From Klebsormidium nitens (Eukaryota; Plantae; Klebsormidiophyceae): DNA of 64,000 nucleotides. The stretch covers positions 1-64,000 of the forward strand of contig DF237399.1 in assembly GCA_000708835.1 (NCBI GenBank), given 5' to 3'. A model generated the notes under the pieces. That model saw nothing but the letters and a program-made list of their open reading frames with translations. It was not told where the DNA came from and did not search any database. Positions 19,901-31,917 of this stretch are shown here, piece after piece; the first letter of the stretch is position 1, and each line of letters opens with the position of its first letter. The position numbers and the translations under genes were made by a program.

Positions 19901-22168
19901 TGCCGTCCGAAGAAGTTGGAATCTACGAACTGATAAAAGAACACGACGAAAGTGCCAAGGAAGGAGTCCAAGGATATGGAACACTTACCTGCGAGAAATC
20001 GTGCAAAATCTCTCGATGCCGGGCGAGCTTCTGCGCGAGGGACGCCGTGCTTGTGGCAGCGGCGACGCAGTGGCTCATCGACTCGTTGATGTCGAGCAGC
20101 CGGGTCAGAAGGCTCTCGATCTCCATCTCCATTGACTTCCAGGAGCCGTCGGAGGCGAGGTCTGGGGACGTCCCAAGGGCGGACCCTGGGAGGGGGGAGG
20201 AAGCGAGATGAAATAAGAAGTGGCTTGAAGACAATAATGAGATTTTTTGAAGTCTGGTTAGAAGGTTCTCGATCTCCATCTCCATTGACTTCCAGGAGCC
20301 GTCGAGGCGAGGTCGGGGAAGGTCCCGAGAGCAGATCCTAGGGGGGGAGGAGGTGGAGAGAATTTTGTGATAGAGTAATGAACAGGCATTTGGGAAAGTT
20401 TATATAGCAGTCTGGTCAAACGGCTCTCGATCTCCATCTCCATCGGCGTTCAGGAGCCGTCCAATGCGAGGTCAGGGGACATTCCAAGGGCGGATCCTGG
20501 GGGAGGGGAGGGAGCGAATTAATCAAGAATCAGAATGAAACAGCATTAACCATTTAGAGTCTGGTCGGAAGGCTCTCGATCTCGACATCCATTGAGTTCC
20601 ATGCGTCGTCAGATGCACTGTCAGGGGAGGTCCCAAGGGCGGATCCTGGGGGTGAGGAGAGGCGAGGAGAATCTAATAAGCAATCAATGCGAGAAAAAGG
20701 AAATAGAAGGAGCCGAGTCAGAAGTCTCTCGATCTCCATCTCCGTTGATTTCCAGGAGCCCTCGGAGGCGAGGTTGGGGGACGTCCCGAGAGCAGATCCT
20801 GGGAGGGGGCAGGAAGACAAGAAGTATAAAAACTTGGATAAACACAAGCTTAATACTTTAGCAATTAAACCAGAAGGCTCTTAATCTCCATCTCCAATGA
20901 CTTCCAGAACCTGTTGGAGGCGAGGTACAGTGGAGGTCCCAAGGATGGATCCTGACAGGGGTGAAAGGCGAAGGGTAATTGATCAATCAAGTAATCAAAG
21001 GGTAATGAATAAAGGGAGTCGGTGAAACAAGGTGAAGAAGTAGGTTGTTTGAGGGGTGGTCAGGGGAGGTAGCAAGGGTGGACACTAAGGGAGAGGGAGC
21101 GGAAGAGTGCAGAAGGAGATTCTGCATGGAATGAAGCCTGGAAGCAGAGGCAAAGAATGGTACAGAAGACACAAAAATAAATCAAGCAGAAAGGGGGGCC
21201 ATGTAAAGATATCCTGGACCCAAAAAGGAAAGGGAAAGTTTGAAAAAAGGAGGCGAAGAATGAATAAGCAAAAGGAGAATGTATTAGTAAGGTCTGGATC
21301 TAAAGGGGAAAGAAGGAGATGAAGGAGGCCAGGCGTGATCAAAATGAAGAGAATTGGTCATCCGAAACAGAGGGGAAAGGAGGGTCGAATAGAACGACGA
21401 TCGACGGGCGTGAAGGATGACGACTCAAGAACAGTATGATCGCCAACGAAGGCCAAAAAAGGTGTGATCAGTGACATTCCTCATCAGTTCGCTGCCCTTG
21501 ATGCGCTGGTTGGCATAAAAGAAAGTCGTGGCAGCGTGGTATAGCAAGCACGGGCTTTTCGATTCTTGCTGTATGATTCTAGCCATGATATACTAAGTCA
21601 AAGAATCATGCTCAGCACGCACTGCACAATTTCCTATGGTGATTGTCAAGAAGTTTGCTGAGGTTTCACAAAATGTACACCAATGGATTATCAGGCTACG
21701 GTATTGCATCACGGTGCTCGAAGTAAGCGTTCTCCCAGACGTGTCACGCGTCCATGAACAGGTCACCACGTTCAGACTTCGCTTATGTTCTCGATCATAT
21801 GTACCACTGGGCCAAAGATGTATGCAACACGTGTCACCACAAAGGAGAAGAAAAGGCAACTTCAGATGGAACCTGCTGCATAACAAGAGAGCCCTGCCCC
21901 GGATGCAACGCGATCCTTGAGAGCAAAGATGTGACCCTTGCATAATGGATCTGATGAGCAGTTTCTTGACGCAGTGTGTGAAAAGTATTCGTAGCAACAA
22001 GGACATAGAGATACAGCACTAATGTTAAGAGGGTTTTTTGACTTGGAACATACCGTGCGACATCATGCCGCCGAGCTTTGCATAGGACGACAGCTTGACG
22101 TCCAGATCCCCCTCGATTTTCCTGGCGTCCCGCCGCAAGTCCTCCCATTGTCGGTCAATGTCAGCCAT
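16932..22168 (-). CDS. GOS12: Golgi SNAP receptor complex member 1 (Qb-SNARE GOS12), ~235 aa; complement(join(16932..17029,17963..18170,19560..19649,19989..20185,22054..22168))
   Basis: WEDLRRDARKIEGDLDVKLSSYAKLG, SWKSMEMEIESLL, QKLARHREILHDFSQEFKR, LLRERGQIH and RRKRSRDTYILGSVIAACTVFLLLYWLSK* (C-terminal TM) match plant GOS12. Frame is continuous. Confidence 0.95.
17640..17962 (-). repeat. GOS12 intron 4: three 55-nt tandem units each opening with a GTRAGT donor, plus a distal copy of the exon 4 3' end
   Basis: Donor-like starts at 17962 (live), 17907 and 17852. An exon-end copy at ~17661..17722 has a GTGAGT donor at 17660. Confidence 0.85.
18170..18870 (-). repeat. GOS12 intron 3: four degenerate copies of the acceptor plus 5' end of exon 4
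   Basis: Exon-start copies at 18382, 18513, 18645 and 18851, each preceded by a pyrimidine-rich tract ending in CAG. Confidence 0.88.
20185..20970 (-). repeat. GOS12 intron 1: five degenerate copies (~150-nt period) of the polypyrimidine tract, AG and first ~90 nt of exon 2
   Basis: Exon-start copies at 20337, 20496, 20645, 20798 and 20951. All keep YAG, and all translate to variants of GSALGTSPDLASDGSWKSMEMEIESLLTRL. Confidence 0.92.
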
Positions 22169-23565
22169 GCCCTTTGCAGTGTCGATTTTCTGCCCTATAT
22201 GTGGCTTGAACAGACTTTTGGAAGAGAGCCTGAGCCTCAGGCTTGATTCAGCTCTCTGAGTTTCTGTGCTGCTATCTACAAAGTTCTTCCAGACGGAGGC
22301 ACCGCTCAATAATCTACGGGCTCAGTGTGACACAGAGACAGAAAATGCTTCTAGCTTCTGCTCAGTCTACTCAGAATGCAGGGTGTAAGAGGTTTGACTC
22401 CCTTACAGCAAGGACTGACCAAAACAGTGGCATTTGAACCATTTGTGAAATGTAAAGCTACACTTTGGTTTGCAATGCATTCATGCCTCCTAAACAAATT
22501 CTGCATGCACGCTCCACCGCTGCTTACAAAGTGCCAGCGCCAGCGCTTTCCCCCCTGATTCTCCTTGCTGAGAAAAGTAGGTGACGCGACGCCACACGCC
22601 TGCCCTCAGTATGCATCCCCAGCTTCAATGCTGAATTAAGGGCTATGAAAGGTCACGTGCCTCAGGCTTGCCCTGATTCTCGGTTGGCAGATTCAAGGTT
22701 TCAGCTGAACAGAAAACAGGCCGCCAAGAACGCTGGATTCAGCTTAGACTGAACAGCGAAAGACCATGACCGCCAAGCGCGCCAAACAGACGGCGCTCTT
22801 CCGAAGACTCGGTCTTCTTCCCCTGTGACTTCTGGTCACAGTTTCCGGTGATTTCGGCCGGCATGTCAGACCAGGAATCTAGGTCTGAAATGCTGGTTTA
22901 GCTTCAGCTTTCGAGAAGCCGTCCGAGGGTCCATCCAACGGTCAGATGCTCCTTTAGCATCCGATCGACGGCTCAAATTCCTTCAAAGAAGTACCAGAAG
23001 GTCCGTATGACACTATCTTAATTCTAGTCAGAAGCTGACATGGGATCGCCTGGCCAGCCTGCCGGAAGTCAGCCCTTGCGGCAGGAGCGCTGAGCGCGGC
23101 AGTTTATTACTGGTCAGCACTGGTTCAGAGGCGCAGCTTTCTGTGATGCTGGCCCTGTCTTGTGCCCTTTCTCTGCACGGGCAGCAGCTCGCACCTTCTG
23201 ACATTGACAAGGCTACCATGGGTGTGCTTTCCTTGGCAGACCCTGTGCGCAGGTAGAAGAAATTGGAAGAATGGACTGTGGATAGGCCGAGTCCTTTCTT
23301 TTCCTTTGTTGTGGAGATGTGGAACGAACAGGGCAATGCAGAGGCTCAATTGAGCTGCTTTTCAATCTTCAGTGTGGCCCCCTTGCGGACGGACTGCTTT
23401 AGGAGGCCTTCAACAATCAACATCGGCAGTGTTGGAGGGAACAGAAACAGAAGTGTCACGTGAGACAAGGTCGTAAGACAAGGGCGTTGGTTGGCTGGTC
23501 GGGCCCCCTCTGTCGTTTGGAGAGCAGGATGCCTGCTGCAATTCCAGGCTCATGCTAGTTGCAGC

Positions 23566-26500
23566 ATGGGCTGTGTAGGATCCAAGGAGGCTTCGGAGAG
23601 CGGAGCAGGACAGAAGAAGGTGCAAAACCCTGCAGCGCAATATGGAGCCAAGACCGCGAACACAGCGGCGCAGCAGAAGAACAAGCAAGTTGAGCCTGTG
23701 GATAGCCAGAAGAGTTATAGGACGGACGACACGTCTGTTGGCAGTGGACTCGGGTCCGGTCAGAAGCCGCTTGAAAAGAACTTTGGGTTTAGCAAAAACA
23801 TCGCCCTGAAGTACGACATTGAGGAGGAGATTGGAAGGGGCCACTTTGGCCACACATGTGCGGGCCGGGTGCGGAAAGGGGATAATAAGGGGCAGAGAGT
23901 GGCCATCAAAATCATCCCAAAAGCAAAGGTAGGCCGATGTCTGCCAATTTTGCCGCCGCTTTCTTTTGGAAAAAGCAACCCTTCAGAGCCATCTTAACGT
24001 TCTGCAGATCTCAGCACATGTGCAAAGTTGAGCTGCAATTGACAGTCATGGAGGCTGCACACAATTCGGTAGTTGTACGTGCTAAGTATTGTATCTCTGC
24101 ATCCTTTCCTGAGAATTTGGATCCAACATTCTCCACTTGAATTGTGGAACGTCCGCAAAAGTCAACGAGGCACCATGGTTGATCAAGGCCATGTTGATCG
24201 CTTTGCGCCTTGTTTGAAGCACATCCATTTTTCTTCTTCAGTTAAATCCTCTTTCCCTGGCATAGAAATCTAGTTGAATTGCCAAACGAACTGCAAACTC
24301 TGGTGCAATTCTGCATAATCAGTAGCTCATTGAGCTGGTCATAAGCATTTGGGCCTTGAGGCTCCTGCTGACTGGCAACCTTTCATTTCAGAACCTGACT
24401 ATCGGCACTTCATTTTCATTTGAACTCCAAGTTTGTGAGTAGTTGTAGCTGCCGCTGTAGTTGATTGCCAATGCTGGGACCGTGATTACAGAGAAGTTGA
24501 CTTTAAGTTGCTCCCTCTTGTGCAGATGACATCAGCGCTGGCTGTCCAGGACGTGAAGAGGGAGGTCAAGATACTGCGGGGATTGGAGGGCCATGAGAAC
24601 ATCGTGAAGTACTACGATGCATACGAAGACAACGTGAACGTGTACATAGTCATGGAGTGAGTCTGCTCTGGTGTCAGTTGCTGCTGGGGGCAGATGGTAG
24701 CTTCGCGCCCTGATTTGGAGTTGAAATAATCTGGCTTCACCAGGACCACACCACTAGGAAGCTGCACACGATAGTTGCATGTCAGGGATTGCCACTTGTT
24801 TTCAAGATGAAATCTGGGGCTTGGATTCCTTTTTTGTTGCAGCGCCAGGAAGGTTGGGAATTTTGCTTTTTTGTATCATCTAGCTGGTGGTGGAGAAGAG
24901 CGGAATATCCTTGAGGAACTGGCACGTTCTTGCTGAAGTGCCGAGTCCGCGATAAAATCCTTTCTCAAACGTAGCTCACTAAAGAACCAAGTGCACTGCT
25001 GCTGATTCAAGTTGATAAGAATGTTATGGACGACAAGTTTGCCTCGACAACTGCTTCTTGTCTCTGTAGCCTAACGATCTGGTCTTTATTTGCTCGCTGA
25101 ATTTCTATCGAGTATATTCAGGCGTTGGAGCTCAGGCATGGATTTGAGCCATCCCTCCTCTCAACTGTCTCAGTCCGGCTCGGCAATCACCACTCAGGTC
25201 ACAATCTGAAGCGATGCTACTTCTCTGCTCTCAAGTCAACTGGTACAGAGCTCCCTACGCACTACTTGAGGTCCTGTCTAACCCTCTTTAAATCAACATA
25301 TGCTCCCCTCTCTTCAGTCTCAATGAGCCTACAGGCACTTGGTGTTCAAGCTGCCCCATGGTATAAAAGTAGGATAAGGAACTGGACATTTCCTTTGAAA
25401 GAGAGGCGTCCGTGAATTGCCTCCGTGCAAACCTGGGTCTACTCAGGCAAGAGAGTTGAGTTCCTGGGGATCCACTTTCCGGGCATAGCAAAGCTGAGGA
25501 ACGTCTCTCCCACCTATGCAACAACCGAAAATCGCCAGAGACCTGTTTGATGCAAGAGAATGGATCCTGTGGTGAGAAAATCGTGAGCATCCAACATTCT
25601 GGCTTGCAGGTTGTGCGAAGGCGGGGAGCTCTTGGACCGCATTCTTGCGCGCGGCGGCCGTTTCAGCGAGAAGGACACACAGGAGGTGGTGCGACAGATT
25701 CTTGGCGTCGTGGCCTGGTGCCACTTGCAAGGGGTGGTGCACAGAGACCTGAAACCGGAGGTCAGTCAGGCGGTCTCCAGATTCGTTTGCAGAGTTGCAG
25801 GGATACTGCTAGCATGAAGGACAGGGAGCTGCAAGCAGCAATAGTGGGAGGAATTCATCGTGGTCACCTCAGAGATTGGAGGCCAAATCCCGTTAGGTGC
25901 TGAGCAGACAAAGAGGCAGAAAAAGCTAAAGTTTATCGGCGTGCTGGGTTGGGAGAGGCACTTGCATTGTTGTTTGTGCAAGAGTCTTTTGTGAGTAGGA
26001 AACGTACCGACCAGGCTTCATATACACTAGTCCAGCTTCGACACTGCTGGGTAATCACCAGGTATTTCTTGTGCCCTAATGCATCCTCTGTCCTTGTTTG
26101 GGGCCCAGCGACACACGATTGTCCGCAAGATTTCTACTGTCAGCCACTCTGAGGCTGACAATCTCGATTCTCAAATAAGGAGTCCATAGTGGCGAAAAGA
26201 ATCCCCTATGATAATGCATTCTCAGCTTTCTTCCATGCCACTGCTCCAGTGTCTGTGGCTAACTCCTCGCACACTGCTTCCGCTGCAGAACTTCTTGTAC
26301 TCGACCAAGGCCGACGATGCACCACTGAAAGCGATTGATTTCGGGCTGTCAGACTTTGTGTTGCCAGGTAGGTGTCGCTCCTGAAAGCCCTTCTTTTAGA
26401 GGTGACTGTTATCATAAAAGGCCGGGGAAGCAATTGCTATCTGCTCTTAGCGTTCTCGAAGTCAAGTTGAGGCAGCATCTGTAGGCAGCATTTGAAGTTT

Positions 26501-29500
26501 CTCACTTTACCTGGTTCCTCAAACATGATCGATAACGAAGTTGCCAAGAGTACTACCCTTGACCATCTCAAGGCCTACGATGTTAAGCCATCACACTAAC
26601 ACCTGCTATACGCTTGGATATCGACCTTGGGAGGTCCAATCTACTTTCATACTCCCAGGGGCAGCAGTCATTTGACTATCTGTACTCATCTTTGTTTTTG
26701 GAGGTTCAAAGTGGAAAGACATCTGGGAGGCGCCTACGTGTTGCCACTTGCCTCACTTTCCTCCGATTATTATGTCTCTAGCTTGATCCCTGTCGCGCAG
26801 TTGCAGAGCTGGATCGCAGATCGGGGAGGCTACGAACCGGCCTCAGCCTCCTTGGATACTGCCGCAAATTCCTGGTTTTTCCTGAAAGTTCCGGCTCATT
26901 CCTTCTCAACGTCTTCCGTGCAGACGCGAAGCTGGACGACATAGTGGGAAGCGCCTACTACGTCGCGCCCGAGGTGCTCCACCGCTGCTACAGTTACGAG
27001 GCCGACGTCTGGAGCGTGGGCGTCATCACGTACATTCTTCTGTGCGGCAGCCGGCCGTTCTGGGCGCGCACCGAGTCGGGCATCTTTCGCTCGGTCCTGC
27101 GAGCGGACCCCAACTTCGTAGACATGCCCTGGCCCAGCATCTCCACGCTCGGGAAGGACTTTGTGCGGCGGCTCATGAGCAAGGACATCCGGCGCCGGCT
27201 CACGGCCGCGCAGGCGCTGAGTGAGTGTCTGAGCGATCGTCGTGGTTGTTTTCGAAGGCTGTGTACTGCTTTCTGGTCTTTTGGTGTATTCATCGTTCGT
27301 GTGCCCCCTTCTTGGATCCAGGTCAATGCAGACCAATTCTCGTTTGCAAAGTGCTCTCAGAACATGAGGTACTGTGGCTGGGCTTCGAACGGGAAGTCCT
27401 GTGTGCAAATTCCAGATTGCGGTTCGTTAGAAAGCGGTCACGATCACAGCGAGCTGCTCAGAGGTTCTGTCGGTCAGGAGCGGCGCTTTCGGTACCAAGC
27501 TGCAGGCGCCTCTGGATTAAGGGATATTCGCATAGCCTCCGAATCAAGGGTTATTCGCATCGCTCATCGTTCTAAGTTGAAAAGTGCTTTCAAGAAAGTC
27601 TGGACGCTTGTATGGGAGTGAAGCGCCATCAAGAACGAGGATCCCAGTTCATTTGCTTGGTTGCGGCAGTCGCCCGGTTGTTGACACCGAAGTTTCTGCT
27701 TGCAGCGCATCCCTGGTTGAAGTCTGACCGGTGCAGCCCGCCCATGGACATGGCCGTCGTGCGATCAATACGAAAGTATTCCAAGCACGGCCCGCTCAAA
27801 AAAGCGGCTCTCAGGGTGAGCATTTGATTGAGTACCATTCCGCGTCGAACAAGACGAAGTGTACGATTTGCCGTTGTGCAGTCTGAGGGGACGTGCTGGG
27901 AGGATCACAAGGTGCTTAGCCTGGCTAGCCGACCTGCTGTTTTCTTTCCCTGGTCCTGTCGTTCACGGAGGTTGCAAACCATAGTGAGTGACGGCAACGT
28001 TCCCTCTTGTGAGTGTCAAACGTCGACGTTTAGGTGGCATCGAGTCGAAGTTGCGTGCTCGCCTCTCATGGTGCAATTGAATGTCAGCCGGTCCTATTGA
28101 GCATTTCTCTAAGGGTTAGTGAAGGCGGCCCCTTGCAAGGTACAAAAGGACGAACGTTTCAAGAGCCTTGTGTAATTCAACACAGGTCTGAAATGTTCTA
28201 CATTAAGCGACGCTAATTTGAAAGCTTCGTCTCGACCTTTCGCAGGCCGTCTCAGGGACGTTGCGGGACGAGGAACAGGCCCACGCGCGGGTACAGTTCG
28301 CCATCTGTGACGCAGACGGCGATGGGGCGGTCACTCTTGCGGACCTGAAAGCGGTGAGCCTTCTTCTTCATACGCTTTCCCTGTTCTGTGTACCCTATAC
28401 CTTTACGTGCACGTGTCCGTACTTAAACAATTAAGGTCGTTTCGAGAGCACGGTTTCGCGTGAGTTCGTAGGTTTGTATGATCAGTCCGTTGCGGTTGCT
28501 TCTCGCCCTGTGACACGTGTAGCGGGGCCACGTGTCTAAGCGCTTGAAGTCGATTTTTCGTCCACTTGACGGATATTGTTGGACTACAACCAACGGTATT
28601 TCGCATTCTGTGTCTTTTTTTCCCGTCCCCTTCTGTCCTGCCCTCTGGCTCAACCATAGAGCGTCTCCTCAGGCGTCTGTATTTGCAGCGCCAAAACTTC
28701 TATCTGTGACCTCTGTAACTCCCGTTCTTTCCCTTTTCTCTTTACATCGAAGGACAGATTCAGCTAACCTTTTCCTCGCCCCCTGCAGTCTGTGGCGAAG
28801 TTCTCGACAGAAGCGATGCGGGAGTCCAGGGGGATGGACCACTTTCTGTCGGTGAGCCTTGCCGCCCTCTAACCCGCTCTTTTTCTGTCTGATCTTGACG
28901 ACTTTGCAGTTGCGAGGCTTAGATTTTCAATCTGCGAGTTTCCGTCGCTTTCTTTGAACGAACTGTGCCAAAAGTCAAGCCTTTTTGAGCCCTCCGCTAG
29001 CGTTCCGTTGGGAAGGGAACGGAAAGATGGTGGCGGAGTTCATGGTTGCTGAGGTCATCCTCAGCATGCATTCGCAGCGACTGTGGGTTCCCTCGACTTC
29101 GACATCTTCTGCGCTGCTCTATGTCACCAGCATCACTTGTGCTGGCGTATGCATGACGCCGTCTCCCGTTGGCTGACGTCACTGCCCGTCTGCTTTCATA
29201 AGCTGGACGCAGCGGCGGTGGGGCACCTCCACTCCGACAGCTTCAGCGCAGCGCTTGAAGATAAAAGCAGCTTTGTTGAGTCTTTGTGCTGACTTGTGCT
29301 GACGTCATCACCCGTCTTTTTATCCAGATGGACGCAGCGGCCGTTGGGCGCCTCGATTTCGAGAATTTCAGCGCGGCGATCGCGAACGTGCACCAGCTGC
29401 AGCAGAGCGGCGACTGGGAGAACCGGATTCGCGCGGCGTTCGAGTTCTTTGAGAAGGACGGCAACGAGTTTGTAGAAGCCGAGGACCTCGTCAAGGTACG

Positions 29501-29829
29501 CTTACTCTCAGACTCGTCCTACCAAAAAAGAATTGTACCATTCTGGCGACCACAAAGTATGCTGCTTTTCATCTGGTCGCCAGCTGCCGCCCCGATGTCC
29601 TTTTTGCGCTTTAGCATGTGAGAACGGTGCTTTGCTTTGCTCTCCTCGCATGGCCTGAAGCGGGTTGTGTACTCTGCAGGAGATAGGCCATCCTGATCCG
29701 ATGCCCACCTCCACCATTATTGAAAACTTCACGCGAGAAGACGACGCGAAGCTAAATTTTGCAGAATTTGCAAAGCTATTGCGGAGTGGCTCGATGCGAA
29801 GAAGACCCCAGGTGAAAGCAACCCGATAA
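23566..29829 (+). CDS. CRK: CDPK-related protein kinase (CRK), N-myristoylation site, degenerate EF hands, ~539 aa; join(23566..23928,24526..24656,25610..25760,26289..26367,26924..27220,27706..27815,28246..28353,28789..28851,29328..29495,29680..29829)
   Basis: MGC start, [74 protein letters not shown] and [10 protein letters not shown] are CRK-family hallmarks. All nine introns are GT-AG and in frame. Confidence 0.95.
29045..29327 (+). repeat. Two degenerate copies of the acceptor region plus 5' end of CRK exon 9 in intron 8
   Basis: Each is preceded by gctga.gtca like the live acceptor. They translate to [16 protein letters not shown] (~29074) and [18 protein letters not shown] (~29203), versus live [18 protein letters not shown]. 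Confidence 0.85.
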
Positions 29830-31029
29830 GCAGCAGGAGTTTGAGGTGGTCAGCTTTGTAGTCCGCCGGTAGAGTAGAATGACCCGCTCCAATCCAGTAA
29901 TTTGAGATTTACACGACGAAATCTTATACGGGCTAGGAGTAGCCAGTTTCTGGCACTCGGCGTCCCATTAGTGATTGTAGATACTTGAGAGGCAGTCAAG
30001 GGCCATTACAGGCCGTAGGCTCATCCCACTGTTGTCGTCCAAGATATCCGATCATCAAGGGACAAACTTAGCAGGATCGACTCCCTAATAAATGATACTT
30101 TCGATGTTGCAATTGCAGTTTCGTATTCTAACCCAGATCCTGTGGCATGAGAGAAATTAATGCTCGTACTGCCGGGAGCGTAGGCCCAGCTGCTATTCCC
30201 ACGTTATGTAGTTGCAGCATGGATTTCAAAGTGACATAATTCGATCCGAAGCTAGCAGTTAATTTCATTTTTATACGTTGAAGATCCTAACGTAGACGAT
30301 GAAAAGCTTGCAAGTGGTTCAATTCCTTTGGAAATCCAACTGAGTTCCGCGTGCCAGCCAGCACACTAATCTTTATCACGTCCCTGCCCTTGAATCGGGT
30401 ACATGTTTACCATCTGGCAAGAAATATATCTTGTATATGATCGAGCTAGCTGAGCTGCATGATTTCAATTGTCGTGTATACTTCCTGTCCTGCACGCCGG
30501 CCTCATCAGCTGGAGCACCGGGACTATACCGTATATATTGCACACGCGGGCCCCACATGCACGCGCTTCGGTTAATAGCGAGCTGCATGCTAAACTTAAT
30601 CTGGGCAAACGGCCCGGTACCATGTGCAGCTGCCAACATGTCGCAGTGAAGGCTGCGGGGATGGGGCCGGCCCATTGCAATCGCGGGCGAAGGTTCCCAC
30701 CGCAGACAAAAGAAGTGAAGGTAACTCCTGGGAGCTCTCATGATAGGGAGCCTCGAGTCTTGAACGAACTCCATTGAACGGACTGCAGCAGTGAGCATGC
30801 GCCCACACACATGAGCAAGCCTGCTCTCTCTTTCTCTCTCCAGATTCCAGTCCTCTCTCCAGATCCAGGGTCCACTGGAAGTCCTTGAAAGTTATATATT
30901 ATTAAGGTCGCATTCCCAACCTTAGCACCGTCCGATCAGTCGCCTAAGGCAGAAAAACCGTTGGATCCTAGATTCCTTGCCAGATTCATTCATGTCGTCA
31001 TCGACAGGTTCTGACTTCTTGAATCTTGT

Positions 31030-31660
31030 GTACACCTGGCTACCGGGTACATATGTGGGTACCAGGATACGTACCTACCAGTATAGGTATGTACCTAGAT
31101 ACCATATGTAGGTACTACCGGTACCTAGTCAAGCTAGGTACGGTATGCAATGTGGTACCGTGGTCCGTCACCCGTACCTACCTAGGTAGATCACAGTGTG
31201 GCATACCGTAGTCCAACGTGATGATTCCGAACGATTTTATTTCGAATTATTTTCTGACAGTCCGACCAGGAAAGCGAACTTAGTTATGCTGAATCCGACC
31301 ACAATCCGAATGCCCTATGTTCTCACTCGGAAGGGGATTTTTAGGGGTATTTTGGCCGTTTTGGGGCTTCCGAGAACCATTCCAGAATTATTAAACCGTT
31401 CCGAATTTCCACTTTCCGAACGGGAAATTCGAATTTCTGACTTTCCGAATGCCAATAATTGTTTATTTATTCGGAATCATCACGTTGGACTACGGTATGT
31501 ACCTACCGTACGTGGGTACCTGAAAGCCGGAAACGCGCGGTGATCACCCTAAAGTTTTGTCAGTGAGCCTGGAACCTGTACCGTGCTACTACCTACCGTA
31601 CCCAGGCGTTTCTGCACGAGAGGACTTGAGGAAGCACTGGTGAACGTCCTAGGTACTCAA
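31030..31660. promoter_or_regulatory. GTAC-dense tract flanking the MITE upstream of the glycosyltransferase-like gene (possible SBP-box/CuRE cluster or low-complexity repeat)
   Basis: 10 GTAC in 31030..31177 and 6 more in 31499..31656. The function is inferred only. Confidence 0.35.
31206..31495. mobile_element. Non-autonomous Tc1/mariner-type MITE (290 bp, 26-bp perfect TIRs, TA target-site duplication)
   Basis: Left end TA|CCGTAGTCCAACGTGATGATTCCGAA and right end TTCGGAATCATCACGTTGGACTACGG|TA. The reconstructed empty site caTAtg is palindromic. The interior is AT-rich, rich in TTCCGAA/TTCGAA, and has no convincing ORF. Confidence 0.88.
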
Positions 31661-31917
31661 CCCCTTTGATTTGCTTACACTACACTTGTCATAGACTCTT
31701 GCACGTCTGCTTCCTGTAACCTTGAAGTTGTAAGGGTTCCGTTTCTCGCTGGCTCTGTCTCTCGCCGGGTGGTTCTTCGTCCACTCGATTACACTTCTTG
31801 CTTGACATTGTTTTACTTTGCGTTGGCTTGACTTTTTGATATCGAATTGTTGTTGTTATTGTTTTAGTAGGTCGATGACAGAGTGGCTGCGGTGCCGGCA
31901 ATGAGCACACCACCACC

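Noticed and set aside
21000-21400. Lys/Arg-rich and Leu/Phe-rich ORFs (21107..21322, 21085..21342)
   Set aside because: These are translations of a purine/pyrimidine-skewed stretch of GOS12 intron 1.
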